From: an uncultured Thermotogaceae bacterium
GTDB lineage: Bacteria; Thermotogota; Thermotogae; MWEM01
Assembly: GCA_964449405.1 (NCBI GenBank)
Contig: CAYUYU010000002.1
Span: 1 to 34,198, forward strand
DNA length: 34,198 bases
Direction of reading: 5' to 3'
This document shows, one piece after another, positions 13,687 through 22,902 of the stretch (positions are counted from its first letter, which is position 1; every line of letters starts with the position of its first letter). The notes beneath the pieces are model-generated. The model was not told the origin of the DNA. It saw only the letters and a list, made by a program, of their open reading frames with translations, and did no database searches. The translations under genes were made by a program, and so were the position numbers.

Positions 13687-16600
13687 TTGGATTGTATTGT
13701 GTGACTTGATTCCTTCCGTGATTTTTCGAATAGTATAAGGCTCTATCTGCATCAGCTACCAGTTCCAGGTATTTTTTATAGTTCTTTTCTGCTGTACATG
13801 TGACTCCAAGACTGATCGTGATGTAAAAATTGAATTTGTTGTTTTTTTCAACATTTTCCCGAATTCTTTCTGCCACTTCTTTTCCTTCGATTAAATTCGT
13901 GTCGGGTAGGATAACAACAAACTCTTCTCCACCATAACGACCCACAACGTCGTAACTCCTAACAGAGTCTTTGATGATAGAGGCTATTGTTTTTAACACC
14001 TCATCGCCCAGATTGTGTCCAAATTCATCGTTGATTCGTTTGAAATGGTCCAAATCAGCCATAATAACGGAAAGGTTGGAATTGTAACGTTTACTCTTAT
14101 TAAATTCCTCTTCAAGCCGCCTTGTGTAATACCATCTGGTATATAATCCTGTGAGGGGATCGAGAATGCTTGAACGATAGGAGATAGCATTTCTGATTGC
14201 CATGGAGATGATTGGTTCTAAGTTATCGATAAAGAGTGCGAAACGGTCAAACTCCTCATTACTCATCATGAGATTGCTGTTTTCCGCATATAACATGACC
14301 TTGTAAGTTTCATCCACAAAGAATTCAGCCTTTGCCTCAAAAGGCGTTCTAATGAAACCCTGTTTCTTTTTCAGCATCTTCTGGATCAAAAGCTTCTCTT
14401 CGGTTTTCTTGGTGCTTGTCAATGACATCCAACTTTTATAAACCACCTTCGTGTCTTTAATGACGGCAATGATCATCTTTCTGATGGGTGAAAAGGATAA
14501 GATCCAACTGACAAATTCTGCCAGGATTTCTTCAGGCTCGGCTGAAGCCGTGATGGTTTTGGAAAAATTAATGATTTCGTGCAAGACATCCATCTCGTTG
14601 ATCTTGGCAATGAGATTGGATTCAAACTGACTGAGAAGATCATCTGTTAAAATAATCTCTCTTTTCTCAGATCTCAGGGCATTTGAAATAATGTTGACAT
14701 AATCTTCCAAGGTCTTCTCGCCCATCAAAAGCTCTTTATTAAGCTTTTGGGCAGCGGAGGTCATTTTCATGTTTTTATACATATCGACGGCATTTCTGGC
14801 AAATTTCTTTGACTTCCTGTACTGTCCCATTTCTCTATACAAATAGGCAAAAGCTTCGTTTGTTAGGGCAATAGGCAGTTTAAGATGAGATTTCATATAA
14901 TATTGAATCAATGACTCCAAATAACGTTCAAACTCCTCCGGAAAATTCTTGGATAGTTTTTCTTTAAAGGCAACGGCAATTTCTTCTTTCCAAAGATGAT
15001 GGGCCTCTTTAAATCGACTGAAATATTTTTTAATCTCATCAGGATCTTCTGCTAATGCCAATTTAACGACATCTTGAAAGCCGTAATCTTTTGCAAAAGG
15101 TTTGTTTAAGATATCTCGATCGATTTCTGCAGAGTTTCCCATAGAAAACAGACACATGTATTTAAAACGCATGGCCTTTTGTCGAATCTCAGGAAAATCA
15201 ACCGTTTCGATAGCCTTGTCCAGATCCTCCAAGGCTTCTTTGTATTGTTTGTTATATGAATGATACAACCCCTCTAAGAGATAGCTTAACGCCAGATTGT
15301 TTCGGTCGTTGTAGGTTCTGGATATCTCGCGGCTTTTTTCGATAAATATAAACATACTGGTGATATCACCAGAATAGAGATAGCTGTTAGCAAGATTAAG
15401 TGCCGGTCTCAGGGAAAGTTGAGGGATTCCGTATTTTTCAGAATATTTGATGGCCTTTTGAAGGATCGGTTTTGAATAATGGGGTCCATTGATGTCCATA
15501 ATGGTTCCCAGAGAAGAATAAACCAAGGGAAGGAGGAATTTCATCTTCAACTGTTCGGCGGATTCCATATTTTCCTTGCACAAAACGGCTGATTCATCCC
15601 AATGATTGTTGCGCCATTCAATCTTTGCCAACAGGTTTTTATACAGGATATTTAAATATTCATACCGGTCAAATTTCTTTGTTTTTTTGGACACAATTTT
15701 AATTTCATCAGAAGCCTGTCCAATCTTACTGGATTCATAGAGACAATAAACATATGAAAGGTTATTGGCAAAATCAGAAAATGTTTTGTATGGATTTCCA
15801 TTTGGATAAATATGATGATATTCTTTCTCGACCTGATCAAAATCACATTTTAAAACCAAGTTGTACAGGTAGAGATATGTGAGACGTTTAGAATTTTTAA
15901 ATCTTTCTGCGATTGCTTCGTCGAGAATTTCTCCTTTGAGCAGTTTCAGTAAAGCGGGAAGCATCAACATTTCATCGGTGATTTCATTTTCTTCAAGGAG
16001 ATCATATGCGTTTTGAAAATACTGTTCTACGATGGCCCAACTCATATTGTTTGTGAAGTTTTCACACCCTGCTCTCAGGTACATGGCAGCAGCAGCTCTT
16101 CTTTTCCCTATCTGTTTGTAATGCCATGCCTTTCGAGAAAAATCCGGAGAAGCTTTGCAAAAGCTACTGTGAATCGTTTGCTTTTTTTTCGCTTCCAAGT
16201 TTTTATAAGCCTTTTCCCAGATATCATGAAGGGTAAATCGATAACGCTCACCTTCTTTGATGATGAGTCCGGCTCGCTGCATCCGAATCAGCGAGTTTTC
16301 TGCTTGTTTGTGATCTAAATTAATACGGTTGCAAAGGGTATTGAACTCGCCTTTGGTAAAGTTTTCGGATAATCCGGAGAAGTCGGAAAGCAGTTCTTTA
16401 TCTGTTGGGTTGATTTGTTGAAACAGCCTTTCGACATAATCTTCCATTCCTTTAATATTGTGGATATTTCCTTCAATGATCCATTTGCCCTCTTTGATGT
16501 TCAGTTTTCCGGTTGCGTTCAATAACATGAGAAAATTATAGATGAGACCCGGATAACCGTTGGTCAGATTATATATCCAGTTCGTCTGAGGTTCGTAATT

Positions 16601-17866
16601 GGTGGTGAAGGATTTGCCAAGAAGGATTTCCAAAAACTTTGTGGTTTGTTCTTTGTTGAAGGGTTGTAAGCGGTATTTTTTTGTGAAGACAAATTTGCCT
16701 TCAGTTTGAGTGGATGCCGCAATAATAACCACCTTTGAAGGGATGATCATGGATTGAACATAATCTAATAATTTCCGGTAACCGTCATCGATTTGTTCAA
16801 AGTCATCCACCAAAATCGCAATTTGATCCATGATCCCGATGAGTTTACCCACAATACGTGCTACTCGATCTAAATTGTAATTCTCTTGAAGATCCCACAA
16901 GTATTGGAAATCTTCAAGATTCACCCCTGCGAACTCAGGATTTTCGGTGATTTGAAGTAATTCCTGGCAGAAGTGCTTTGTATCTTCAGCCTTAAGGGTT
17001 TTCCAGCCATTGTTGATCAAATCGGTTTGAATCAGGTTTAAAAAGGTTGTTTTCCCAACTCTCGATCCGCCATGGATCAGGTAGGAACCTGTTTCTTCAC
17101 TTTGAAGGTCGGTGAAATAAGTATTGAACTCCCGTAAATCCTTATCTCTCTCTACGATATGGGAAGACACCAGTTCTCGTTTCACAAGACCTTCCAATGA
17201 TTTGTTTTTTCTGGTAATTTGTATTTTATCCGTAAACAATCGACTGAAATGTGAGGGTCTTAATTTAGGATCTGCATCTGTCATCTGTTCCAATTCTTGA
17301 CTGAACTTTTCTTTGAACTCTTCAGGCAACAGTTTTTGCAATATTCTTCCAAGAACATAAGTATCTGAATCGGATGTTGGCCATTTGCCGTCCAATATTT
17401 CCGGAGCCACAAACACTTTGTCTCGGTTTAAAACGAATTTTAACGCCTCTTTGTTGAAATTGACCCAGAGAGGGGGGAGGATTCTCAAACGGTCGGAGAT
17501 TAATAAGTGAGGAAATCCCCATATACCAAATCCCTCACCACTTACATGATGCAACAATTCCATGGAATCGATCAGTTGCATGGCAATTTCTATCTTTTGG
17601 CCATCTTCCAAAGGTAAGATGTCGATACTTTCTTCACCTTGATAGGGAAAGAGGAACAGAGGTTCTGCGGAATTGAAATCCATAAAATCAGGAAGTATAA
17701 AACGATTTTGAAATTGATAAAGCATCTTTATCCGGGAATTGATCCTATCCTGGAATGATCCACAAACAAAACTTCTTAATTGTTTAGAGCGTTTATAGAC
17801 ACCTCCGGTTTCAACCAGATACTCGTCTCCTTCAAAATTTGTCCTAAGAAGTTTTATTATCTGCAT
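13676..17866 (-). CDS. 1396-aa multidomain signalling protein: kinase-like (probably inactive) N-terminus, P-loop STAND NTPase, TPR-like repeats, GAF-like domain, GGDEF diguanylate cyclase
   Basis: Kinase C-lobe-like FVAPEILDGKWPTSDSDTYVLGRILQKLL...DPKLRPS. Walker A GGSRVGKTT (aa 265-273) and Walker B AILVDDFE (aa 350-357). A long helical repeat region follows. The GAF-like block ends LEPIISMAIRNA. GGDEF domain: DPLTGLYTR..., ADLDHFKRINDEFGH, I-site RSYD, and GGEEF encoded at 13919-13933. Confidence 0.85.
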   Translation of the reverse strand: MQIIKLLRTNFEGDEYLVETGGVYKRSKQLRSFVCGSFQDRINSRIKMLYQFQNRFILPDFMDFNSAEPLFLFPYQGEESIDILPLEDGQKIEIAMQLIDSMELLHHVSGEGFGIWGFPHLLISDRLRILPPLWVNFNKEALKFVLNRDKVFVAPEILDGKWPTSDSDTYVLGRILQKLLPEEFKEKFSQELEQMTDADPKLRPSHFSRLFTDKIQITRKNKSLEGLVKRELVSSHIVERDKDLREFNTYFTDLQSEETGSYLIHGGSRVGKTTFLNLIQTDLINNGWKTLKAEDTKHFCQELLQITENPEFAGVNLEDFQYLWDLQENYNLDRVARIVGKLIGIMDQIAILVDDFEQIDDGYRKLLDYVQSMIIPSKVVIIAASTQTEGKFVFTKKYRLQPFNKEQTTKFLEILLGKSFTTNYEPQTNWIYNLTNGYPGLIYNFLMLLNATGKLNIKEGKWIIEGNIHNIKGMEDYVERLFQQINPTDKELLSDFSGLSENFTKGEFNTLCNRINLDHKQAENSLIRMQRAGLIIKEGERYRFTLHDIWEKAYKNLEAKKKQTIHSSFCKASPDFSRKAWHYKQIGKRRAAAAMYLRAGCENFTNNMSWAIVEQYFQNAYDLLEENEITDEMLMLPALLKLLKGEILDEAIAERFKNSKRLTYLYLYNLVLKCDFDQVEKEYHHIYPNGNPYKTFSDFANNLSYVYCLYESSKIGQASDEIKIVSKKTKKFDRYEYLNILYKNLLAKIEWRNNHWDESAVLCKENMESAEQLKMKFLLPLVYSSLGTIMDINGPHYSKPILQKAIKYSEKYGIPQLSLRPALNLANSYLYSGDITSMFIFIEKSREISRTYNDRNNLALSYLLEGLYHSYNKQYKEALEDLDKAIETVDFPEIRQKAMRFKYMCLFSMGNSAEIDRDILNKPFAKDYGFQDVVKLALAEDPDEIKKYFSRFKEAHHLWKEEIAVAFKEKLSKNFPEEFERYLESLIQYYMKSHLKLPIALTNEAFAYLYREMGQYRKSKKFARNAVDMYKNMKMTSAAQKLNKELLMGEKTLEDYVNIISNALRSEKREIILTDDLLSQFESNLIAKINEMDVLHEIINFSKTITASAEPEEILAEFVSWILSFSPIRKMIIAVIKDTKVVYKSWMSLTSTKKTEEKLLIQKMLKKKQGFIRTPFEAKAEFFVDETYKVMLYAENSNLMMSNEEFDRFALFIDNLEPIISMAIRNAISYRSSILDPLTGLYTRWYYTRRLEEEFNKSKRYNSNLSVIMADLDHFKRINDEFGHNLGDEVLKTIASIIKDSVRSYDVVGRYGGEEFVVILPDTNLIEGKEVAERIRENVEKNNKFNFYITISLGVTCTAEKNYKKYLELVADADRALYYSKNHGRNQVTQYNPKDE

Positions 17867-17894
17867 CCTCTAACCTCCAATATTTTAGATCGAA

Positions 17895-18806
17895 TTATTC
17901 TTTTTCAAGAATTTCCATCAATTGATATTCAATCACCCTGTTCATATTAAAAGACTCCAGGCCCAAATAATAATCCATAGTATCCGTGATAGCTTGCAAC
18001 GGTACCAGACCAACAATCTCCGAACCAAGAACCCCTACACCATAGCGCTTTGCTTCGATTTTTATCATCTCGAAAACTCTATAAATACTTGTCTTTTTAA
18101 AATTGGTCAAGTTCATGGACACTTGGACAATGCCCTTTTCCTTCAATTCCACACCCATGGCTTTGACATAACGAAATCCACCGCTTTTATGACGAACCAT
18201 TTTGGCAATCTCATTGGCAATGGACAAGTTGTCTGTGGCCAGGTTAACGTTGTAAGCAATTAAAAATTCCCTTACACCCACAGCTACAACTCCTGCACTG
18301 GGGTGTATGGCATCCGATGGACCGTAATCCGGCTGCCATTTTTCATTGGTAATCTTTTCGCTGAATCCTTCGAACTGCCCTTTTCTAATAATAGCAAGAT
18401 TTTTTCTTTCTGTTCGAGTCGCTGCCTTTTCATATAAATAGACAGGAATCTTCAATTCTTCTCCGATCTTTTGTGCCAACTGTTTTGAATACTCAGTGCA
18501 TTCCGCATAGTCGGTGTTTTTTAACGGAATCAAAGGGATAACATCGGTGGCACCCATTCTGGGGTGCTCACCTTTGTGATTCCTCAGATCAATCAGTTCG
18601 GTAGCGGTTTTGGTCATATCAAACAGGGCTTCAATGACTTGTGACGGGTCACCCACAATGGTGACAACGGAGCGGTTGTGATCTTTGTCCATCGACCAGT
18701 TGACTATCCAAACCCTCTCGTATTTTTCTGCGCAATTGACGATCTTTTCAAGCACTTCAACATTTTTACCTTCACTAAAATTTGGTACAGATTCTACCCA
18801 TTTCAT
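17895..18806 (-). CDS. ftcD: glutamate formimidoyltransferase (formiminotransferase domain only)
   Basis: The N-terminal MKWVESVPNFSEGKNVEVLEKIV is the hallmark start of the FT domain. The 303-aa length fits a stand-alone bacterial FT. Confidence 0.85.
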   Translation of the reverse strand: MKWVESVPNFSEGKNVEVLEKIVNCAEKYERVWIVNWSMDKDHNRSVVTIVGDPSQVIEALFDMTKTATELIDLRNHKGEHPRMGATDVIPLIPLKNTDYAECTEYSKQLAQKIGEELKIPVYLYEKAATRTERKNLAIIRKGQFEGFSEKITNEKWQPDYGPSDAIHPSAGVVAVGVREFLIAYNVNLATDNLSIANEIAKMVRHKSGGFRYVKAMGVELKEKGIVQVSMNLTNFKKTSIYRVFEMIKIEAKRYGVGVLGSEIVGLVPLQAITDTMDYYLGLESFNMNRVIEYQLMEILEKE

Positions 18807-18822
18807 ACAATGACCTCCTGAA

Positions 18823-21552
18823 TTAGAATTCTGTTGTCACTTCTACATCGACTTTTAAAGGAACTTGAAGTGAATAAGCATTTTCCATTTCCTGAACCAA
18901 CATTTTTTTCATCACTTCGACTTCTTCATCGGGGCATTCTAAGACGATTTCATCGTGTATCTGCATAATCATCATACAGCGAGATTTTTTTTCGTTTATT
19001 TTATCTTGAACATTAATCATGGCCACTTTCATTATATCAGCTGCAGTACCCTGAACGGGAGAATTGATGGCCATTCGTTTTGCTTCATGCTGTAAGCGCT
19101 GATTTGAGGCATCGATGTATTTGATCTTTCTTAACCGGTTAAAGATAGTGCGGACCACTTTATCCCTTTTCGCATTTTTTTCCACTTCATCCATATATTC
19201 TTTGACCTTTGGGTAGGCTTTAAAATATTCATTGATAAATTTTTCCGCTTCTTTAACAGTGATACCTATTCTTGAGGATAAACCGTACGCGGAAATCCCA
19301 TATATGATGGAAAAATTGATCATCTTGCCTATACTTCTCTGTTCCTTTGTTACATGGTCCATATCCACTGAAAAGATTTTTGAGGCAGTGAACGAATGTA
19401 CATCCAGGTTTTTGTTAAACGCTGTAATCAAGTTTTCATCGGAACAGATATGTGCCATCAATCTTAATTCTATTTGGGAATAGTCGGCACTGATGAGTTT
19501 CCAGTTCTTTTTTTGAGGTTTGATGGCATTTCTGATTTCCCTGCCTTCTTCTTCTTTGATGGGAAGGTTCTGGAGATTAGGATCGCTGCTGCTGAGTCTG
19601 CCGGTTGCTGTACCAATTTGATTAAAAGAAGAATGAACACGCCCTGTTTTTTTACTGATGTAAGTGGGAATAGCGTCTATATAAGTGGATTTCAACTTTG
19701 AGTATTTTCGGTAATCCAGCATCATCTTTGCGATTTTGTAATCGCCTGCCAGTTTTTCAAGGATTTCTCTACCCGTTTTGTATTTTTTGCTTTTCGATGT
19801 CTTTCCCTGAGAAGGAAGGCCGAGTTTGTCAAAAAGAATTTGGCCAAGTTGTATGGGTGAGTTTAGGTTAAATTCCACCCCGGCAATCTCATAGATTTGA
19901 TGTTTGATATCCTTTATCAGCTTCTCCGTTTTGTTTGAAAGTTCCTTTAAGTAATCTCGGTCAAAATAAACACCGTTGTCCTCCATACGGATCAGCACTT
20001 TTAAAAGGGGCATTTCCAATTCTTGGAACAATGTTTTTAAACCGGCTTCTTGCAGCCTTTTTTCAAAGCGTTGATAAAGCCGGAAAGTAAAATCAGCATC
20101 TTCCCCCGAATAAATTGTTGCATTCTCCACACTAACTTGGGAGAAATCTAAGGGTTTGGATGTTCGTGAGAGAATCTCGCCGTAACTGATCATCTTGTGA
20201 GAAAACTCTTCCATGACCAACAGGTCTAAACCATGTTTGCCTTTGTCAGGATCCAAAAGATAAGAGGCAATCATGGTATCAAAATACAACGGCGGCAATT
20301 CAAACCCATTGTTTTTTAATATGGCGAAGTCAAACTTTAAATTGTGTCCAATGACCAACGCTCGTTTAGTAGCGTTCAAAACCTCTTTCAACAGTTCCAT
20401 CTTCAAGTTTTTAGTGTTTCCCGACAAATCTCCATGCCCGAAGGGCAAGTAATAGGTGTTTTCCGGCCCCCAAGAGAAAGAAACACCCACCAATTTAGCC
20501 TCTCGAACATTTAACGAGGTTGTTTCGGTATCAAATGCAAATGCCTTTTGCTCCGAGAGCTTCTTAAGCCACTCTTTGAATACTTCTTTGTTGATCGTTT
20601 TGTATTGAGGAAGTTCATTAGGCTCTTTATCTTTATCGGTTTGATCATCAAAAAGAAGGCCTTGTGTATTCGATTTTTCAGACCATTCGGACAACAGAGA
20701 ATCAAATTGGAATTTTGAAAATAGCTTGGTCATCTCCTTAAGATTGATACCGGCATAGCTGTATTTATCAGGATTAGCATATTCTCCTTCTATGGCAACA
20801 TCGTCTTTCAGTTGTACCAGTTTTTTACTTAAGAATCCCTCTTCTTTTGATTCTTCAAGGCGTTTTTTGTTGGCCTTTGTGACGTTGTCTAAGTTGTTGT
20901 AGATCTGTTCAAGGGAACCAAATCTGGAAATGAGCTCCTTAGCCCGCTTGTCGCCAATACCTTTGATTCCGGGAATATTATCGGAACTATCGCCCATCAA
21001 CGAGAGGTAATCGATCATCTGAGTTGGCTCAAAACCGTATTTTTCATAGAAGACATCCCGATCGTATTCCTTCAATTGTGTGACCCCTTTTTCCGCTCGA
21101 AGGATTTTTACGTTATCGTCTATCAACTGAAAAAGGTCTTTGTCGCTTGTGACAACCTCGAACAGGTCTGAATCGTTGTCAAATCTTTTAATGAATGTGG
21201 CGATCAAATCATCTGCCTCGACATTTTCCAAAGAGAGTACTTTTATCCCAAAGGATTTAACCAGGTCTTCAACAAAGGCCATTTGAAATCTCAATTCTTC
21301 CGGCATCTCGCTTCTGTTGGCTTTATAAGCTTTATACATATCAGTTCTGAAGGTTTTTCTGGCTTTATCCAAGAAAAAAACGATACGATCATCCTTTTCT
21401 ATCTTTTCCTTTAGCAATTTTGTCAACATCCTGGATAATCCGTAAAGGGCATTTACAGGTTCTCCCGCAGATGTATTCAGATTTCTGATGGCGTAAAATG
21501 CACGGTAAACGAGTCCGGTGCCATCTATGAGAAAGAATTTTCTCACAATCAT
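18823..21552 (-). CDS. polA: DNA polymerase I
   Basis: 909 aa with a 5'-nuclease N-terminus, the 3'-5' exonuclease ExoI motif FAFDTETTSL, and polymerase motifs A DYSQIELR, B RSIGKMINFSIIYG and C QIHDEIVLE. Its ATG overlaps the upstream gene's TGA (ATGA). Confidence 0.97.
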   Translation of the reverse strand: MIVRKFFLIDGTGLVYRAFYAIRNLNTSAGEPVNALYGLSRMLTKLLKEKIEKDDRIVFFLDKARKTFRTDMYKAYKANRSEMPEELRFQMAFVEDLVKSFGIKVLSLENVEADDLIATFIKRFDNDSDLFEVVTSDKDLFQLIDDNVKILRAEKGVTQLKEYDRDVFYEKYGFEPTQMIDYLSLMGDSSDNIPGIKGIGDKRAKELISRFGSLEQIYNNLDNVTKANKKRLEESKEEGFLSKKLVQLKDDVAIEGEYANPDKYSYAGINLKEMTKLFSKFQFDSLLSEWSEKSNTQGLLFDDQTDKDKEPNELPQYKTINKEVFKEWLKKLSEQKAFAFDTETTSLNVREAKLVGVSFSWGPENTYYLPFGHGDLSGNTKNLKMELLKEVLNATKRALVIGHNLKFDFAILKNNGFELPPLYFDTMIASYLLDPDKGKHGLDLLVMEEFSHKMISYGEILSRTSKPLDFSQVSVENATIYSGEDADFTFRLYQRFEKRLQEAGLKTLFQELEMPLLKVLIRMEDNGVYFDRDYLKELSNKTEKLIKDIKHQIYEIAGVEFNLNSPIQLGQILFDKLGLPSQGKTSKSKKYKTGREILEKLAGDYKIAKMMLDYRKYSKLKSTYIDAIPTYISKKTGRVHSSFNQIGTATGRLSSSDPNLQNLPIKEEEGREIRNAIKPQKKNWKLISADYSQIELRLMAHICSDENLITAFNKNLDVHSFTASKIFSVDMDHVTKEQRSIGKMINFSIIYGISAYGLSSRIGITVKEAEKFINEYFKAYPKVKEYMDEVEKNAKRDKVVRTIFNRLRKIKYIDASNQRLQHEAKRMAINSPVQGTAADIMKVAMINVQDKINEKKSRCMMIMQIHDEIVLECPDEEVEVMKKMLVQEMENAYSLQVPLKVDVEVTTEF

Positions 21553-22793
21553 ACCACCTCTTTTTTCGATAAGTCGGCAACCTTGTTTCTGATTTTGTTT
21601 TTCGTTATGGCATTAATGGAGAGGTGGTCATCTTCGTCATCAATGACAACATATGCCATTTCTGAACGTTTTAAGAATTTTGCCTTGCTCTTGCCATCTC
21701 TTTCGATAACCGTTCTCCAAGTGCCGGTGTTGATATAAAAACGGTTTTGTCCATAACTAGGCAGAATGTAATTCTCAAATTTATGTCGGTGAGCAAAAAT
21801 TAAACCCCGTAAGTTTTCATAATCTATCTCAGGCAGCGCACAGTAACCGTAAAAATCTTTTTCTTTAAACCCGTACTTTTTGGGATTTTCCATCGCTCGA
21901 TTGAGAATCTTTTCAGCTTTGTTTTTCATGTAATTGGTTCGCTTGAGAGATCTGATTTTTGAAATCATGCGCACCATTATCCTGCCAAACTTAATGCCTC
22001 GGTTACTGTTGATAAACAGATTTGAAAAACGGTGTGCAATCGGGTATTGTGATTTTATCCAATCTCTTGCTTGGACAGTTTTAAGCATTTTAAGCAGTTC
22101 CTCCATCCAAAGCTCTATGAGATTGATTCCCATATCATAGGTTTTCATCATGGTAGCAAACCACTCAAAGACATCCAGATTGGGTTGAACATCATCGTAA
22201 TCATGAGGAATGTGTTCGGGGATATCTCCGTTGATCAGTATCTCGCGAAAATTGATCATCATGTAGCGTGTCATATAATCGCCAATTGGCGGAATCAAGT
22301 CACCGTTTTTATCTTTGCCAAAACGGTTCCCCGGGTCAAAGTTATTGCCGTGTATGGCAAATACCCCCCAATTCCTATCGTAAAAATAGGGAACAAAGTC
22401 AATATGGTCTTCTGAGCCCATCAATTCTTTGAATCTCTTTTGCAGTAGGGCATTTGTGTGGAAATAATAATCGTGATTGCCCACCACATAAATCAAACGG
22501 TTTCTTCGACAAAATTTTGATAAGGCGTTGAACACTTTGGGATGATTATTCACAATGTTGTTTATGACGATCGGGTCGATCTTTTCCTGCAGTTCTCTGA
22601 AAGGAATCAAACCCAGATCCTTCACCACTTTACTTTCCATCAACTCAAGCCCATCACCTACAATAATTAACTCAATTTCTTCGCCGCTTGCGTTCAAATC
22701 AAGTAAAAGTGTTTCCAATTCATCATCGAAGATAAAGTTGTCACAAATGAACCCATCTCCTATGTGCATATCACTGATAAATATCCTTTTCAT
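21549..22793 (-). CDS. calcineurin-like metallophosphoesterase with a large helical insertion
   Basis: Motifs SDMHIGDG, VGDGLEL, VGNHDYY, IHGNNF, FAHRHKF and NTGTW. About 160 aa are inserted between the HGN and AHRH motifs. Start set at ATG 22793 (MKRIFISDMH, SD GAGAGGA) rather than at 22844. Confidence 0.8.
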   Translation of the reverse strand: MKRIFISDMHIGDGFICDNFIFDDELETLLLDLNASGEEIELIIVGDGLELMESKVVKDLGLIPFRELQEKIDPIVINNIVNNHPKVFNALSKFCRRNRLIYVVGNHDYYFHTNALLQKRFKELMGSEDHIDFVPYFYDRNWGVFAIHGNNFDPGNRFGKDKNGDLIPPIGDYMTRYMMINFREILINGDIPEHIPHDYDDVQPNLDVFEWFATMMKTYDMGINLIELWMEELLKMLKTVQARDWIKSQYPIAHRFSNLFINSNRGIKFGRIMVRMISKIRSLKRTNYMKNKAEKILNRAMENPKKYGFKEKDFYGYCALPEIDYENLRGLIFAHRHKFENYILPSYGQNRFYINTGTWRTVIERDGKSKAKFLKRSEMAYVVIDDEDDHLSINAITKNKIRNKVADLSKKEVV

Positions 22794-22855
22794 GTAAGTT
22801 CCTCTCTTTATGCTTGCATGAAAAACCCTTGTAAAGCAGTTCACTTTACTAAGTG

Positions 22856-22864
22856 ATTATACCA
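22856..22864 (-). promoter_or_regulatory. candidate extended -10 promoter (TGgTATAAT) for the leftward metallophosphoesterase/polA unit
   Basis: The reverse complement of 22856-22864 (attatacca) is TGGTATAAT, about 60 nt upstream of the ATG at 22793. Confidence 0.4.
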
Positions 22865-22872
22865 GATAAACG

Positions 22873-22902
22873 TTGTTTAAGAAAAAATATCTGTGATATA
22901 AT
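22873..22902 (+). promoter_or_regulatory. candidate promoter TTGTTT-18 nt-TGaTATAAT for the rightward block
   Basis: TG at 22894-22895 and TATAAT at 22897-22902, with a weak -35 TTGTTT at 22873-22878. It sits back-to-back with the minus-strand promoter, about 120 nt upstream of the first plus-strand ORF. Confidence 0.4.

Noticed and set aside
13676-17866. STAND NTPase + TPR protein as an Avs-like antiviral sensor
   Set aside because: The architecture is superficially similar. However, the output is GAF-GGDEF with an I-site rather than a nuclease, protease or other death effector. The gene is embedded in a housekeeping operon (polA ... yqeH) with no mobile or defence-island context. I treat it as a signalling protein instead.
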